Positions 1 to 9,369 of a stretch of DNA of 64,000 nt are shown one piece after another. The notes beneath the pieces were generated by a model. It did no database searches. It worked only from the letters and a program-made list of their open reading frames with translations, and was not told the DNA's origin. The translations under genes and the position numbers were made by a program. Position 1 is the stretch's first letter. Each line of letters opens with the position of its first letter. The stretch is from a virus: the IMG/VR virus record IMGVR_UViG_3300045988_162372, one strand, 5' to 3'.

Positions 1-1
1 A

Positions 2-358
2 TTTGCAAGCAGTTTGATAGTATGCGCCATATATGGCTTAAATCTGATTAATATTGGGGTTGCAACAATACTATTGCTTTGCGTTATTAACGCAGGATAC
101 GGTGGAGGGTTTTCTACTTTACCCACATTACTACAATCCAAATTCGGTATGGGGAATATCTCAACTATTCATGGTTTAGCATTAAGTGCTTGGGCGTGGG
201 CTGGGCTTTCAGGAAATCAGTTATCTAATCTTGTGATTAATAGAATGGGATTAGGATATGAACACCTGATAACAATAGTTGCTTGTTTATATTGCATTAG
301 CTTGATAATTACATTAACTATCAAAAATAAAATATGGAAAATAAAGAGAAACAATTAA
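2..358 (+). CDS. MFS-type transporter, C-terminal fragment (5' end outside window)
   Basis: Frame is open from the window edge. Hydrophobic TM-like segments and GGGFSTLP...GLALSAWAWAGLSGNQL resemble oxalate/formate-antiporter-like MFS permeases. Confidence 0.5.
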   Translation, partial: FASSLIVCAIYGLNLINIGVATILLLCVINAGYGGGFSTLPTLLQSKFGMGNISTIHGLALSAWAWAGLSGNQLSNLVINRMGLGYEHLITIVACLYCISLIITLTIKNKIWKIKRNN

Positions 359-687
359 TTGATGGCTTCATTGAAAAATATGAAGATAATGATTATTTTC
401 GCAACAAGTGTCTTTATATGTTAGACACAGATGAAATGATGAATCGTATTGATGAGAGAGACTGTTACCATGAATTTGGTGATGATTTATTAGATGAGTT
501 TGAAGATTATGAATTGATAAACTATCTTGAAAAAGAGGGGTATAACGTATCTGATAGAAAGATTGAGGATGAGAGCATCGTTGATATGATATACAGTATC
601 TGTAAGACATTGTCCCCACGAAGATATCTTGGTAAAGAAGATATGAAAGAGTTAATTAATGATTATATTGATACTTGGATTTGTTGA
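334..687 (+). CDS. Hypothetical acidic protein
   Basis: ATG-initiated 117-aa ORF, D/E-rich, tightly packed with neighbours; no motif recognised. Confidence 0.5.
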   Translation: MENKEKQLIDGFIEKYEDNDYFRNKCLYMLDTDEMMNRIDERDCYHEFGDDLLDEFEDYELINYLEKEGYNVSDRKIEDESIVDMIYSICKTLSPRRYLGKEDMKELINDYIDTWIC

Positions 688-704
688 TTTCAAAATATTT
701 TCGT

Positions 705-914
705 ATGTTTGCGGTGAGTTTTGAAGAATATATAGAAAAAGTCAAAAGTAATCTTTATTGCAATTTGTCCGAGGATGAAAAGAAAGTTTTTTATTCTTAT
801 GATTTCACCGAAGATGAAATTGATAATAACTTGGAATATTTCAAAGATTGTTATAACAATGATATATCTGCATATACCTCATTGTTATTTTTTGCTGATT
901 ATTTAAGAAAATAA
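705..914 (+). CDS. Hypothetical protein
   Basis: The ORF track starts at TTG 675; the first ATG is at 705. Same-strand packing. Confidence 0.4.
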   Translation: MFAVSFEEYIEKVKSNLYCNLSEDEKKVFYSYDFTEDEIDNNLEYFKDCYNNDISAYTSLLFFADYLRK

Positions 915-917
915 AAT

Positions 918-1655
918 ATGGGAAATATTAAATATAATGATGTAATAAGAAGTATCTCATATGACCAGCATGAGATACTATACAATATAATGAAGATGCA
1001 TAATAACGGAAAAGCGTTTGATTGCGATATTACATATAGTACAGGCAAGTTCTATGGTAAATTTAATGTCGAAACATTAGATGGAAATAAGGTTGAAATA
1101 GAGATTCCACAGCCTAAATTCAAGTTCGATGTATGCCCACAATCTGATGATGTGGTGCAAATTGAGGATGGAAAACTGTTGCCGTTGGAAGATAATAGTA
1201 TAAGCAGTATTGTAGTTGATTTACCTTTTGTTGTATCCCCACATACAGCACCAAGTATATTGAATGATAATGGGGATAAGAAAAAGAATATTATTTTTAA
1301 ACGGTTTTCAAGTTACTATCCGTAGTATACAATGCCTAAATCATACAGTCATTGGCTTAACGAAGCATATAGGGTGTTAAAAAATGAGGGAATTGTTGTA
1401 TTTAAAACACAATCTACTATTTCCGCACGTAAGAACATTATGATGCCCTATTATTCTTGGATGGAAGCAGAAAAAGCAGGTTTTTATACTTTGGACGAAT
1501 TCATCTTATTGGCAAAGAATAGACTTCATTCAGGCAAGATAAAAAAACAGGAACATGCAAGAAAATTTCATTCACATTTCTTTGTATTCAAGAAAAGTGT
1601 AAAAGAAAAACCAATAAATTACTATAAATTTAAAACAAATGGAAATAACAAATAA
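918..1655 (+). CDS. Putative DNA methyltransferase interrupted by one in-frame TAG (1323-1325)
   Basis: ORFs 918..1325 and 1332..1655 share one frame, separated by TAG plus 2 sense codons. The N part has SIVVDLPFVV (DPPY-like motif IV). The C part has WLNEAYRVLKNEGIVVFK...HSHFFVFKK, typical of the same MTase fold. Confidence 0.5.
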
Positions 1656-1944
1656 CTTTATGCAAATAAAAGAGCAAACCTTTGAACAAAAGGTAGAAAT
1701 GTATATGCAATGTGATAAGAAAAAACTTGCAGAAATGCTTGCGATGAGGGATATGATCGACGAACAGAAGAACAAAGAAAAAGAGAATATCGTAGAACCA
1801 TATTTTCCTAATAAATCAAGTTTACCTTATTGGTATAACAAATGCAAAACTTGGAGTGATTGCGTAAATCCTCATTATGATTGCATTAATTGTCCTTTAA
1901 GAGATGGGATGTCAATAAACAAGAAGACTGAAGTAACTTGTTGA
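1639..1944 (+). CDS. Hypothetical protein, Cys-rich C-terminus
   Basis: ATG ORF overlapping the upstream gene end; C-terminal CxxWSDCxxPHYDCxxC pattern. Confidence 0.5.
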   Translation: MEITNNFMQIKEQTFEQKVEMYMQCDKKKLAEMLAMRDMIDEQKNKEKENIVEPYFPNKSSLPYWYNKCKTWSDCVNPHYDCINCPLRDGMSINKKTEVTC

Positions 1945-1974
1945 ATATGATAATTTATTATTAGGATTAAACAA

Positions 1975-2313
1975 ATGATAGAAAAAGTTACAATTACTGA
2001 TAGTTTGCAAAAAGAAATATTAGTTAATAAAGATGTTAAATCATGGCTTGAAAAATTATCTGAAAAAATAGATATAATTGATAATATTCAAGAATTATAT
2101 ATTGATTATTCAATAACAAATAAAGCCATAAGAGCAGATATTTTGGTTAAGAATAATGTTCTTATAATGTTGAGACATATTATTGATGATGATAAGGATG
2201 ATATTGTTTCTTATTCAATATCTATCGGTAAGACAGTAATGGAAGTTAATTGGTGTGGTATAGAAAAATTAAATGATAAAATAAATGAAAACAAAAAGAA
2301 ATACAATTGGTGA
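1975..2313 (+). CDS. Hypothetical protein
   Basis: 112-aa ATG ORF in the same-strand array. Confidence 0.5.
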   Translation: MIEKVTITDSLQKEILVNKDVKSWLEKLSEKIDIIDNIQELYIDYSITNKAIRADILVKNNVLIMLRHIIDDDKDDIVSYSISIGKTVMEVNWCGIEKLNDKINENKKKYNW

Positions 2314-2749
2314 TGCAAGACATTACAAAGACGAAATCAAAGATTTAGTTGGGAAGAAACTGCCTATTTGCGTTGACTTTGATGGTTGTTTATGCGCTCA
2401 TCATTATCCAATGATAGGCAAAGAAAATAAACCATGTGTTGAAGTATTAAAGAAATGGCAAGAAAATGGAGTAGGCATCATTCTTGACACAATGCGTGAC
2501 GGTAAACAACTTGAAGAAGCTGTGCAATGGTGCAAGGATAGAGGAATTAAATTGTACGGTATAGGTAAAGAACCAGGACAAGAAAAGTGGACTACAAGCA
2601 ACAAATGTTATGGAATATTCAGTGTTGATGATAGAAATCTTGGAGTACCTTTGGTTATAGAAGAAGGCGAGAGGCCAAGAGTTGATTGGAAAAAGATTGA
2701 TGAGCTATATACAGAGCAAATTTTAGAAATGGCAAAACCATACAAGTGA
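2285..2749 (+). CDS. HAD-superfamily hydrolase-like protein
   Basis: ICVDFDGCL resembles HAD motif I (DxDxT/C); size and downstream ILDTMRDG are consistent with a small phosphatase. Confidence 0.45.
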   Translation: MKTKRNTIGDARHYKDEIKDLVGKKLPICVDFDGCLCAHHYPMIGKENKPCVEVLKKWQENGVGIILDTMRDGKQLEEAVQWCKDRGIKLYGIGKEPGQEKWTTSNKCYGIFSVDDRNLGVPLVIEEGERPRVDWKKIDELYTEQILEMAKPYK

Positions 2750-2750
2750 T

Positions 2751-3080
2751 ATGTTTATAAAAAAATTACCTAAAATTGTCGGAAAAAGATATGAACTACA
2801 GACAAACATTTATTATGTTCGTTTTAAAATTACAGACGAAAGTGAAATATATCTCGAAGATGTAATTATACATCCAAAATATCGTAGAAAAGGCTATTTG
2901 AGAAAGATAATGGATAATCTCTGCACTGAATACAAATGTTCTTTATTCTTTGAAAGCGCAAGAGATGAGCTTATTCCAATGTATGAGCATATAGGTGCTT
3001 TTGTCTATGAGCCTGACGAAAATGGAAATGTTTGTAGATGCAAAACAATGATATATGATCCTTTAGGCATAAATTATTGA
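2751..3080 (+). CDS. GNAT-family acetyltransferase-like protein
   Basis: VIIHPKYRRKGYLRKIMDNL matches the acetyl-CoA-binding R/Q-x-x-G-x-G/A motif A of GNATs. Confidence 0.5.
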   Translation: MFIKKLPKIVGKRYELQTNIYYVRFKITDESEIYLEDVIIHPKYRRKGYLRKIMDNLCTEYKCSLFFESARDELIPMYEHIGAFVYEPDENGNVCRCKTMIYDPLGINY

Positions 3081-3132
3081 TTTTCTTGTTAATCATAGTT
3101 ATATTATATAAAAGATAAATATAAACACAATT

Positions 3133-3351
3133 ATGCAACAATATAGAAGATTTAAATTTGTAAAACCCTTTGTAGACCACGGTGAAGTCGTGCCAGCAGG
3201 TTCTGAACTTACGCTTATGGGTGATAGAGTATTTTTCAATGGTGGTCAGATTATGCCAGGTTTGCACAACCTATTCTATAACCTTATTATGCAGGAGATA
3301 AAAAAACCTTATTACTTGAGAGAAGTTCCTATTCCATATAACAAAGTCTAA
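3133..3351 (+). CDS. Hypothetical protein
   Basis: 72-aa ATG ORF. Confidence 0.45.
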   Translation: MQQYRRFKFVKPFVDHGEVVPAGSELTLMGDRVFFNGGQIMPGLHNLFYNLIMQEIKKPYYLREVPIPYNKV

Positions 3352-3360
3352 TTTTAATTA

Positions 3361-3885
3361 ATGCATCCGATAGTAGAATATATCAAGAATAGTTGGAAAG
3401 AACATAGGAATAATTCTGATAAAAAAAATACCTTTGCAGTCAATAGATACATATTCCCTCAAATAGTAGATATGCTATCTGATTGCAAAGATATTGCTTT
3501 CATTTCCATTGGTGAGACAAAAGATTGCATTGAATATAATAAGTTTGAGGATTATGGGCATTATCTTAAAGATAGTAAAAACGTATTGAATATTGACTTT
3601 GATGATTTAGAATGCGATTTTACTTTTGAAGGATACAACTTTAAAGCAATTACTGACGAACAAGCAGTACAGATATATGATTTTCTCATGAAACATTCGG
3701 ATAAACATATTATCTGTCATTGCAGGGCAGGAAAGAGCAGAAGTGCAGCAATTTCAGAGTTTCTTTTGCAGATGTTTTCTGACAAATATGAAGAATGTGA
3801 AGCGAACAGAATAAATAGTGATAAAACTCCAAACGGAGAAGTATTAAGAAAATTAAAAAGAATATATTATGAATACCCAAACTAA
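3361..3885 (+). CDS. Cysteine-based (dual-specificity/tyrosine) phosphatase
   Basis: IICHCRAGKSRSAAI is the HCx5R(S/T) P-loop signature of PTP/DSP phosphatases. Confidence 0.7.
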   Translation: MHPIVEYIKNSWKEHRNNSDKKNTFAVNRYIFPQIVDMLSDCKDIAFISIGETKDCIEYNKFEDYGHYLKDSKNVLNIDFDDLECDFTFEGYNFKAITDEQAVQIYDFLMKHSDKHIICHCRAGKSRSAAISEFLLQMFSDKYEECEANRINSDKTPNGEVLRKLKRIYYEYPN

Positions 3886-4045
3886 AAGAAAAACTTTATA
3901 TACAGCTTATAATAATTTATACAAGTATTGCAAACGATTAGCTTTAAAGGTTTCAGATACATTTAGAAAAAGAGCTATAGAATGTTTGCATAAGATGTCT
4001 GATGAACAAATAAATGAACTATATAAACAATATAAAGAAAAATGA
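3869..4045 (+). CDS. Hypothetical small protein (58 aa; below ORF-track cutoff)
   Basis: Hand translation gives MNTQTKRKTLYTAYNNLYKYCKRLALKVSDTFRKRAIECLHKMSDEQINELYKQYKEK. It fills the gap exactly, overlaps the upstream stop, and shares ATGA with the downstream start. Confidence 0.5.
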   Translation: MNTQTKRKTLYTAYNNLYKYCKRLALKVSDTFRKRAIECLHKMSDEQINELYKQYKEK

Positions 4046-4686
4046 CAACTCAACAGATATGGTTCACTTCGGATATCCACGCCTTCCATAAAAACATCCT
4101 AAAACATTGTCCTGAACGGCAAAAGATATGTGGAGCAAAAGATGAAAACGATGTCGAAGCATGGGATAAGTGGATGATTGAGAAATGGAATTCTACCATT
4201 TCCAAGAAAGATATGGTGTATATTCTTGGAGATTTTGCCTTCGGCTCTCCTGAAAGTGTAAGAAAACTTTTGGATAAATTACACGGAAAGAAATTCCTTA
4301 TTCTTGGCAACCATGACAAATCTTCTGAACATCTTGATAATTATTTCGTGCAAATAACCCAACAGAAATTGGTAACATTTAAGAAGTCTAACTTTGATTT
4401 TCTTGACGAGGACTTTCAAGTATTTATGTGCCATTATCCGATGGTTACTTGGGCAAGTAAACATTATGGTGTGATAAATGCACATGGTCACTGTCATGGA
4501 AGATTGGATGATTATAATGAAGCATCAACAGATTTACGTGTAGATGTTGGAATTGATGGAAAACTTGCAAATTTCAAGTTCATTACCCTTGAACAAATAT
4601 ATAGGTATTTCAAAGAGAAAACCAAAGGAGAGAAGTTTATCCACTATGCGATGGAGAAGAAAAACGAGAACTTAATGGTGATATAA
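4042..4686 (+). CDS. Calcineurin-like metallophosphoesterase
   Basis: Ordered motifs SDIH, GDFAFG, LGNHD and HGHCHG. Confidence 0.8.
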   Translation: MTTQQIWFTSDIHAFHKNILKHCPERQKICGAKDENDVEAWDKWMIEKWNSTISKKDMVYILGDFAFGSPESVRKLLDKLHGKKFLILGNHDKSSEHLDNYFVQITQQKLVTFKKSNFDFLDEDFQVFMCHYPMVTWASKHYGVINAHGHCHGRLDDYNEASTDLRVDVGIDGKLANFKFITLEQIYRYFKEKTKGEKFIHYAMEKKNENLMVI

Positions 4687-4718
4687 TTATCTTTTAACAG
4701 TTTTTTAACACGGAATAT

Positions 4719-4749
4719 TTTGTCATATACAAATATATTCGTACCTTTG
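4719..4749 (+). promoter_or_regulatory. Bacteroidota-type promoter (-33 TTTG / -7 TAccTTTG)
   Basis: TTTG at 4719-4722, a 19-nt gap, then TACCTTTG at 4742-4749, about 55 nt upstream of the ATG at 4805. Confidence 0.7.
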
Positions 4750-4804
4750 CAACAGAAAACGAGAAAAGAACTCAAAGTTTAACATTTTAAAAAGACATTT
4801 AGTT

Positions 4805-5317
4805 ATGAGCAGAAAATTGAAAGTAGGAGAATCTGTACGAGTTAATGAAACTGGTGAATACGGAGTTATTAAAGGACGTGAGATTGTGCCTACTGATAGT
4901 AAGCGTATTGAAATTCAGTACATTGTGAAAACTGGTGAGGGAATTAACAAATGGAAGGCATATTCCAAGAAGGAGTTGTCGCCAATTGTCAAGACAAATA
5001 CGGAAGTATATCCAAAAGTATATACCAATATGTTCATTGATGACAAGACAGACCGTGAACTGATGTTGGTAGCCATTGTTGGCAAGAATTACGTTAACCA
5101 CAAGGTTCTTCGCATGGGATATGCTTTGCGTCATCCTCACGATGAGAGTAATACCAAGATGGCATTGAAGATTGCAAAGCATCGTGCTATTGAACGTCCT
5201 ATCTGCATCTTGGAAAGCTATTACAAGGGTGAGTTCAATGAAGATACTGTTAATTCATTGATGTCCGCAAAGGCTCGCTACATCTTTACTCATTTGGAGA
5301 ACTTTGTGAAGAAGTAA
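4805..5317 (+). CDS. Hypothetical protein
   Basis: 170-aa ATG ORF behind a consensus promoter. Confidence 0.65.
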   Translation: MSRKLKVGESVRVNETGEYGVIKGREIVPTDSKRIEIQYIVKTGEGINKWKAYSKKELSPIVKTNTEVYPKVYTNMFIDDKTDRELMLVAIVGKNYVNHKVLRMGYALRHPHDESNTKMALKIAKHRAIERPICILESYYKGEFNEDTVNSLMSAKARYIFTHLENFVKK

Positions 5318-5416
5318 ATCTTTGTAATTTAATTTTGTTGTTGTTTTTTGGAATGCGGAGGAAATAAGTCAATATGGCATTTGTTTCTTTCGCATTCTTT
5401 TATTATTTTGAAATAT

Positions 5417-5809
5417 ATGATCGATAATTCAAAAGAATATATAGCTTGTTCTGCCTTACATTATGATAACGGCAAAAAATATCATTTCATGGAAGGTTAT
5501 GGAATCAAAAGTGGCTTCGTAATAGGTGGATTACGTCATCCTTTCATTATGTCTGTTTTACCTGAAAATGTATATGTAGCAGAAGAAAGGCAAAAAGAAT
5601 TAAATCCAGAACTTGAATGGAACAAGGATTTAGAAAAACATGAAGTCATACAAGGTTTCATTACCTCGTATGGTCGTTTTGTCGATAGAAAAGAAGCAAT
5701 GAAAATAGCTTTGGAATGTGGTCAAGTTAAAAAAGAAGAACTTGGGAATGAAAGAATTGGTCTATTTTCAGAAGACATATTTCCCGAACAAGCGTATTAT
5801 GCAAAATAA
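5417..5809 (+). CDS. Hypothetical protein
   Basis: The track start at 5348 is TTG; the first ATG in frame is 5417. Confidence 0.5.
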   Translation: MIDNSKEYIACSALHYDNGKKYHFMEGYGIKSGFVIGGLRHPFIMSVLPENVYVAEERQKELNPELEWNKDLEKHEVIQGFITSYGRFVDRKEAMKIALECGQVKKEELGNERIGLFSEDIFPEQAYYAK

Positions 5810-5829
5810 TAACTATAAAAAATAATAGT

Positions 5830-6624
5830 ATGGCACAGAGTGGTTTTAAGAAGATATTGGTTATTGGCGATAACCATGAACAGATAATAAAGAAATATTC
5901 TGCCGACACAAAGGTAGAAAAGTACGTTTATATGAAACGTGATGATGCCGAGAAGAATCAACGCAAATATTTGAAATATTTGGACACGCTGTTGAATAAC
6001 ACGGAAATCAAGCTTCCAGAATACCAGAGAGAGGTATACCAAGACCTTTATATGGATATCAAGGAAATGGATGATTTTGAATATTACCTTTATGCAACAA
6101 AAGGCTGTACTTATGACGAAGACAATGGTGATGCCTTGACTGATAAGAATCCTAATGCACATTATCAATATGAAAAATGTTATCAGAAATCTCTTTTGAA
6201 ATATGGAGAGGAAGGTGAAGGAACATTCTCCAATCCGTTTCATTTGTTGGACGGAAGCCTATCATATTCAGCAAAGAAAGAAGATATTGATTGGAGCGTG
6301 GAACATATGTACCATATTGATATATATGAAGCAGCTTGGGATATTGTAGTCAATGGACGTGAACCACAAAACAAACAGGAGGAAATCATAAAGAATAATA
6401 TGTCAAGAAAGCTCAATTACTTTATGAATTTCAAAAACAAGGATGAATATGTAAAACATTCTTGCTCATTCTGGTGTTATGGAGTTGCAACTGATAAGGA
6501 ATATATTGAAATGGACGGAACAACAGAAGACAAGCAGTGGGTTGCGAACTTTTATGACAGATTTATTGTTCCTCTTCCTGATGATACATTACTTACAATA
6601 TATGAAGCGAAATCGTTAAATTAA
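5830..6624 (+). CDS. Hypothetical protein
   Basis: 264-aa ATG ORF. Confidence 0.6.
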   Translation: MAQSGFKKILVIGDNHEQIIKKYSADTKVEKYVYMKRDDAEKNQRKYLKYLDTLLNNTEIKLPEYQREVYQDLYMDIKEMDDFEYYLYATKGCTYDEDNGDALTDKNPNAHYQYEKCYQKSLLKYGEEGEGTFSNPFHLLDGSLSYSAKKEDIDWSVEHMYHIDIYEAAWDIVVNGREPQNKQEEIIKNNMSRKLNYFMNFKNKDEYVKHSCSFWCYGVATDKEYIEMDGTTEDKQWVANFYDRFIVPLPDDTLLTIYEAKSLN

Positions 6625-6650
6625 ACAAGAAACTTAAAAACCTTTCTACA

Positions 6651-7694
6651 ATGGATATATATGATATAATTGAGGAAGAATATGCCTCTTATGTGTTTAG
6701 AAACAAGACATTAAATACATTGGGTACATTCCTATTTGAAAGCCGTAGAATAAATGATGAGGTGAATGAGCTAACTAATAAAATATCTGATTATATTATG
6801 CAGAATCCATCTGTTGAATTACAAACAGGTACAAATGGAAAGATGTATTTTAAATATTTACCTAAATTTGATATAGGAACGAATTATTTCATGCTCTATC
6901 CTAATATCATAATAAAAATAATTTTATCAGATAAAAAAGGCAAATCAGACAGTTCGATTTCACCTTCCTCCAAAGAAGTTCCATTTAAAAATAATAAATT
7001 AAATAACCCTACTATTATAATTAGGCATACCAATACACGGCCTGTAATTGATAAAACTTTATTAGAAAATGCTTTAAGCCATGAAATAATGCATGGTTAT
7101 CGAATGTTACAAATATATTTGAGAAATGAAAAAGATAACGGTAATAGAGACGTTAAACGTCAAAAACTTTATAATAACATTTCTGATTTTACTAATGATG
7201 ATGAATTTGTACATCTTATTAAAACATCATATTATATTACGGATATAGATGAAATCAATGCTAATGCAGCTTCTGAAGCTCATTATATATTATCAAACAA
7301 AAATATCCATTTTTATAATTATAAAGAATATCTTAACAAAATACCTTTTTATGATAAAATAAATGAAATTAGAAATAATATTAATCTTATTAAAAATTTA
7401 ATCGCAAATAACGAAGAAAATAAAAAGATATTTGGACAAATAATTTCACTCGTCATTTATCAAGGAAAATATGAAAATAATCCATTAATTGCATTTAATA
7501 AGTTATATAATAGATTACAAAGAACATATACATATTGTATAAGACGTTTTTATGATATATTATGGTCAGCATTAGATAAAGATAATAGAGATAGAGTTTC
7601 TCCAATATATCAAAATAAAATGACACAAGAGGAATTGCATCGAGAATTATTAAAGTTATTAAAGGAAAGCAAAAGAAATGTTAAGAAAAAGTAA
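6651..7694 (+). CDS. Hypothetical protein with HExxH motif (possible zinc metallopeptidase)
   Basis: ALSHEIMHGYRM contains HExxH; nothing else recognised. Confidence 0.4.
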   Translation: MDIYDIIEEEYASYVFRNKTLNTLGTFLFESRRINDEVNELTNKISDYIMQNPSVELQTGTNGKMYFKYLPKFDIGTNYFMLYPNIIIKIILSDKKGKSDSSISPSSKEVPFKNNKLNNPTIIIRHTNTRPVIDKTLLENALSHEIMHGYRMLQIYLRNEKDNGNRDVKRQKLYNNISDFTNDDEFVHLIKTSYYITDIDEINANAASEAHYILSNKNIHFYNYKEYLNKIPFYDKINEIRNNINLIKNLIANNEENKKIFGQIISLVIYQGKYENNPLIAFNKLYNRLQRTYTYCIRRFYDILWSALDKDNRDRVSPIYQNKMTQEELHRELLKLLKESKRNVKKK

Positions 7695-7731
7695 TGTCAT
7701 AATTTTATTTTTTTTTTTTAACTAAAAATAT

Positions 7732-7762
7732 TTTGGTATGATTATTTAATATCATATCTTTG
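7732..7762 (+). promoter_or_regulatory. Bacteroidota-type promoter
   Basis: ATATTTTGG with TTTG at 7732-7735, a 19-nt gap, then TATCTTTG at 7755-7762. It follows a T-run and lies upstream of the ATG at 7791. Confidence 0.7.
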
Positions 7763-7790
7763 TAAGGCGAAATTAAAATTAAATATTATC

Positions 7791-9122
7791 ATGAAATTTG
7801 TAGAATTATTTGATAACGATATGAAACCAAAGTGGGATATAATAGAAAACATCCCACAGTTTGCAGCACTTAAGACAACCAAGCAAAGCAATACTTGGCA
7901 TAAAGAGGGTGATGCTCTTAGGCATACACGGCTTGTTGTTGAAAATATGCAAAGAGAATTGGATGAACAGAATATTGACAATCATTCTGCATATTATCTT
8001 GTAATGATGTCTGCCGCACTTTGTCATGACTTAGGCAAGGCAACTTCAACCAAATGGGATAAAGAGAAGAATGACTATGTATGTAATCATCATGGACAAG
8101 CAGGTGAGAATATTACCCGTATGTTGTTTTATGATGAGAAATTTATCATAAGGGAACTTGTATGCTATATGGTACGTTGGCATATGAATTTACATCATAT
8201 CTTGGATGATGAGGAAAAAGTTGATGAGAAACTGATAAATATGGCTCACGGATGGGTATCAATTCAAGATATGTTACTTCTCAACAAATGTGATTCTCTT
8301 GGAAGCCAGAATGACATTGAAACAAGAGAATTCCTTGAGAACAGATGGGATACCATTAAGGAAAGAGCAGAGAAGTTGGATGTATTTGATATGGTCTATG
8401 ATGATTATAATACGAAACATATATGTGAAAATCTGAATACTGCCCTAAATGCATCTAATCCAATTGCTCCATTTTCATTTATGACACTAAATTGGAGGGA
8501 TGTGCGAGAGTCTTGTAGTAATATATTGAGGCATACTCCTATAAATTGGAAAACAAATAATATAAAGATATTAAATCAATTCACTGTCTTTATGATGGTA
8601 GGTATTCCTGGAAGTGGTAAAGATACTATTATACGAAAATACTTAAATGATATTCCAACTGTATGTAGAGATGATATCCGCACTGAAATAGGTATTCAAG
8701 GAGAGAAGCCTATGGGTAATAAAGAACAGGAGAAGAAAGTGACTCAAATATTCGAGGAAAGAATGTTGGAATATTGCAAACAAGGTAAGAGTTTTGTTAT
8801 TAATAATACAAACCTTAAAAAGCAATACCGTAACAGATTCTTGGATATCATAAAGCCTTATAAACCAGTCGTGATTTATATTTATGTGGAAGCTCCGTCA
8901 ATAGTTGATAATTTTGCAAGACGTGCTGGACAAATAGATAAGGATATAATACGCAGGATGGCTTCAAACTTTGATTTCCCTTATCCTACGGAATATACTA
9001 CTTTGTGGCTCGATATACAAGGTGAACCACAATTCACTGAAATATATGGTAACGCAATGATGAGTCATATAATTCAAGATATGATGCAACCAAGAAAGAA
9101 GAAAGATGAACAAGAACATTAA
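7791..9122 (+). CDS. HD-domain phosphohydrolase fused to P-loop (polynucleotide-kinase-like) kinase
   Basis: N-terminal WHKEGDALRHT and AALCHDLGKA (HD motifs); C-terminal MMVGIPGSGKDT Walker A. Confidence 0.7.
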   Translation: MKFVELFDNDMKPKWDIIENIPQFAALKTTKQSNTWHKEGDALRHTRLVVENMQRELDEQNIDNHSAYYLVMMSAALCHDLGKATSTKWDKEKNDYVCNHHGQAGENITRMLFYDEKFIIRELVCYMVRWHMNLHHILDDEEKVDEKLINMAHGWVSIQDMLLLNKCDSLGSQNDIETREFLENRWDTIKERAEKLDVFDMVYDDYNTKHICENLNTALNASNPIAPFSFMTLNWRDVRESCSNILRHTPINWKTNNIKILNQFTVFMMVGIPGSGKDTIIRKYLNDIPTVCRDDIRTEIGIQGEKPMGNKEQEKKVTQIFEERMLEYCKQGKSFVINNTNLKKQYRNRFLDIIKPYKPVVIYIYVEAPSIVDNFARRAGQIDKDIIRRMASNFDFPYPTEYTTLWLDIQGEPQFTEIYGNAMMSHIIQDMMQPRKKKDEQEH

Positions 9123-9369
9123 TCTATTTGGTGAGGACATCACTAAAGAAATCGAAGCAGAGGAAAGGAAACATAAATATTCAGAAAGGGCTAAGAAAGC
9201 GGCCGAAACAAGGAAAAGACATAAGGCTGAACAAGAAGCCCTTTTTGATAAAATGTTCACCATTGCGAGAAGTGAATGTGATTTATTTGGTAATAAATAT
9301 ACCGACGAGGAAAGAAAAGAAGCTGAGAAATATATTAGGGAAAACTTTAAAAAAAGAAATAAGAAATGA
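9106..9369 (+). CDS. Hypothetical K/E-rich protein
   Basis: The ATG overlaps the upstream stop, and the end shares ATGA with the next gene. The alternative frame 9128..9394 lacks this coupling. Confidence 0.5.
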   Translation: MNKNINLFGEDITKEIEAEERKHKYSERAKKAAETRKRHKAEQEALFDKMFTIARSECDLFGNKYTDEERKEAEKYIRENFKKRNKK

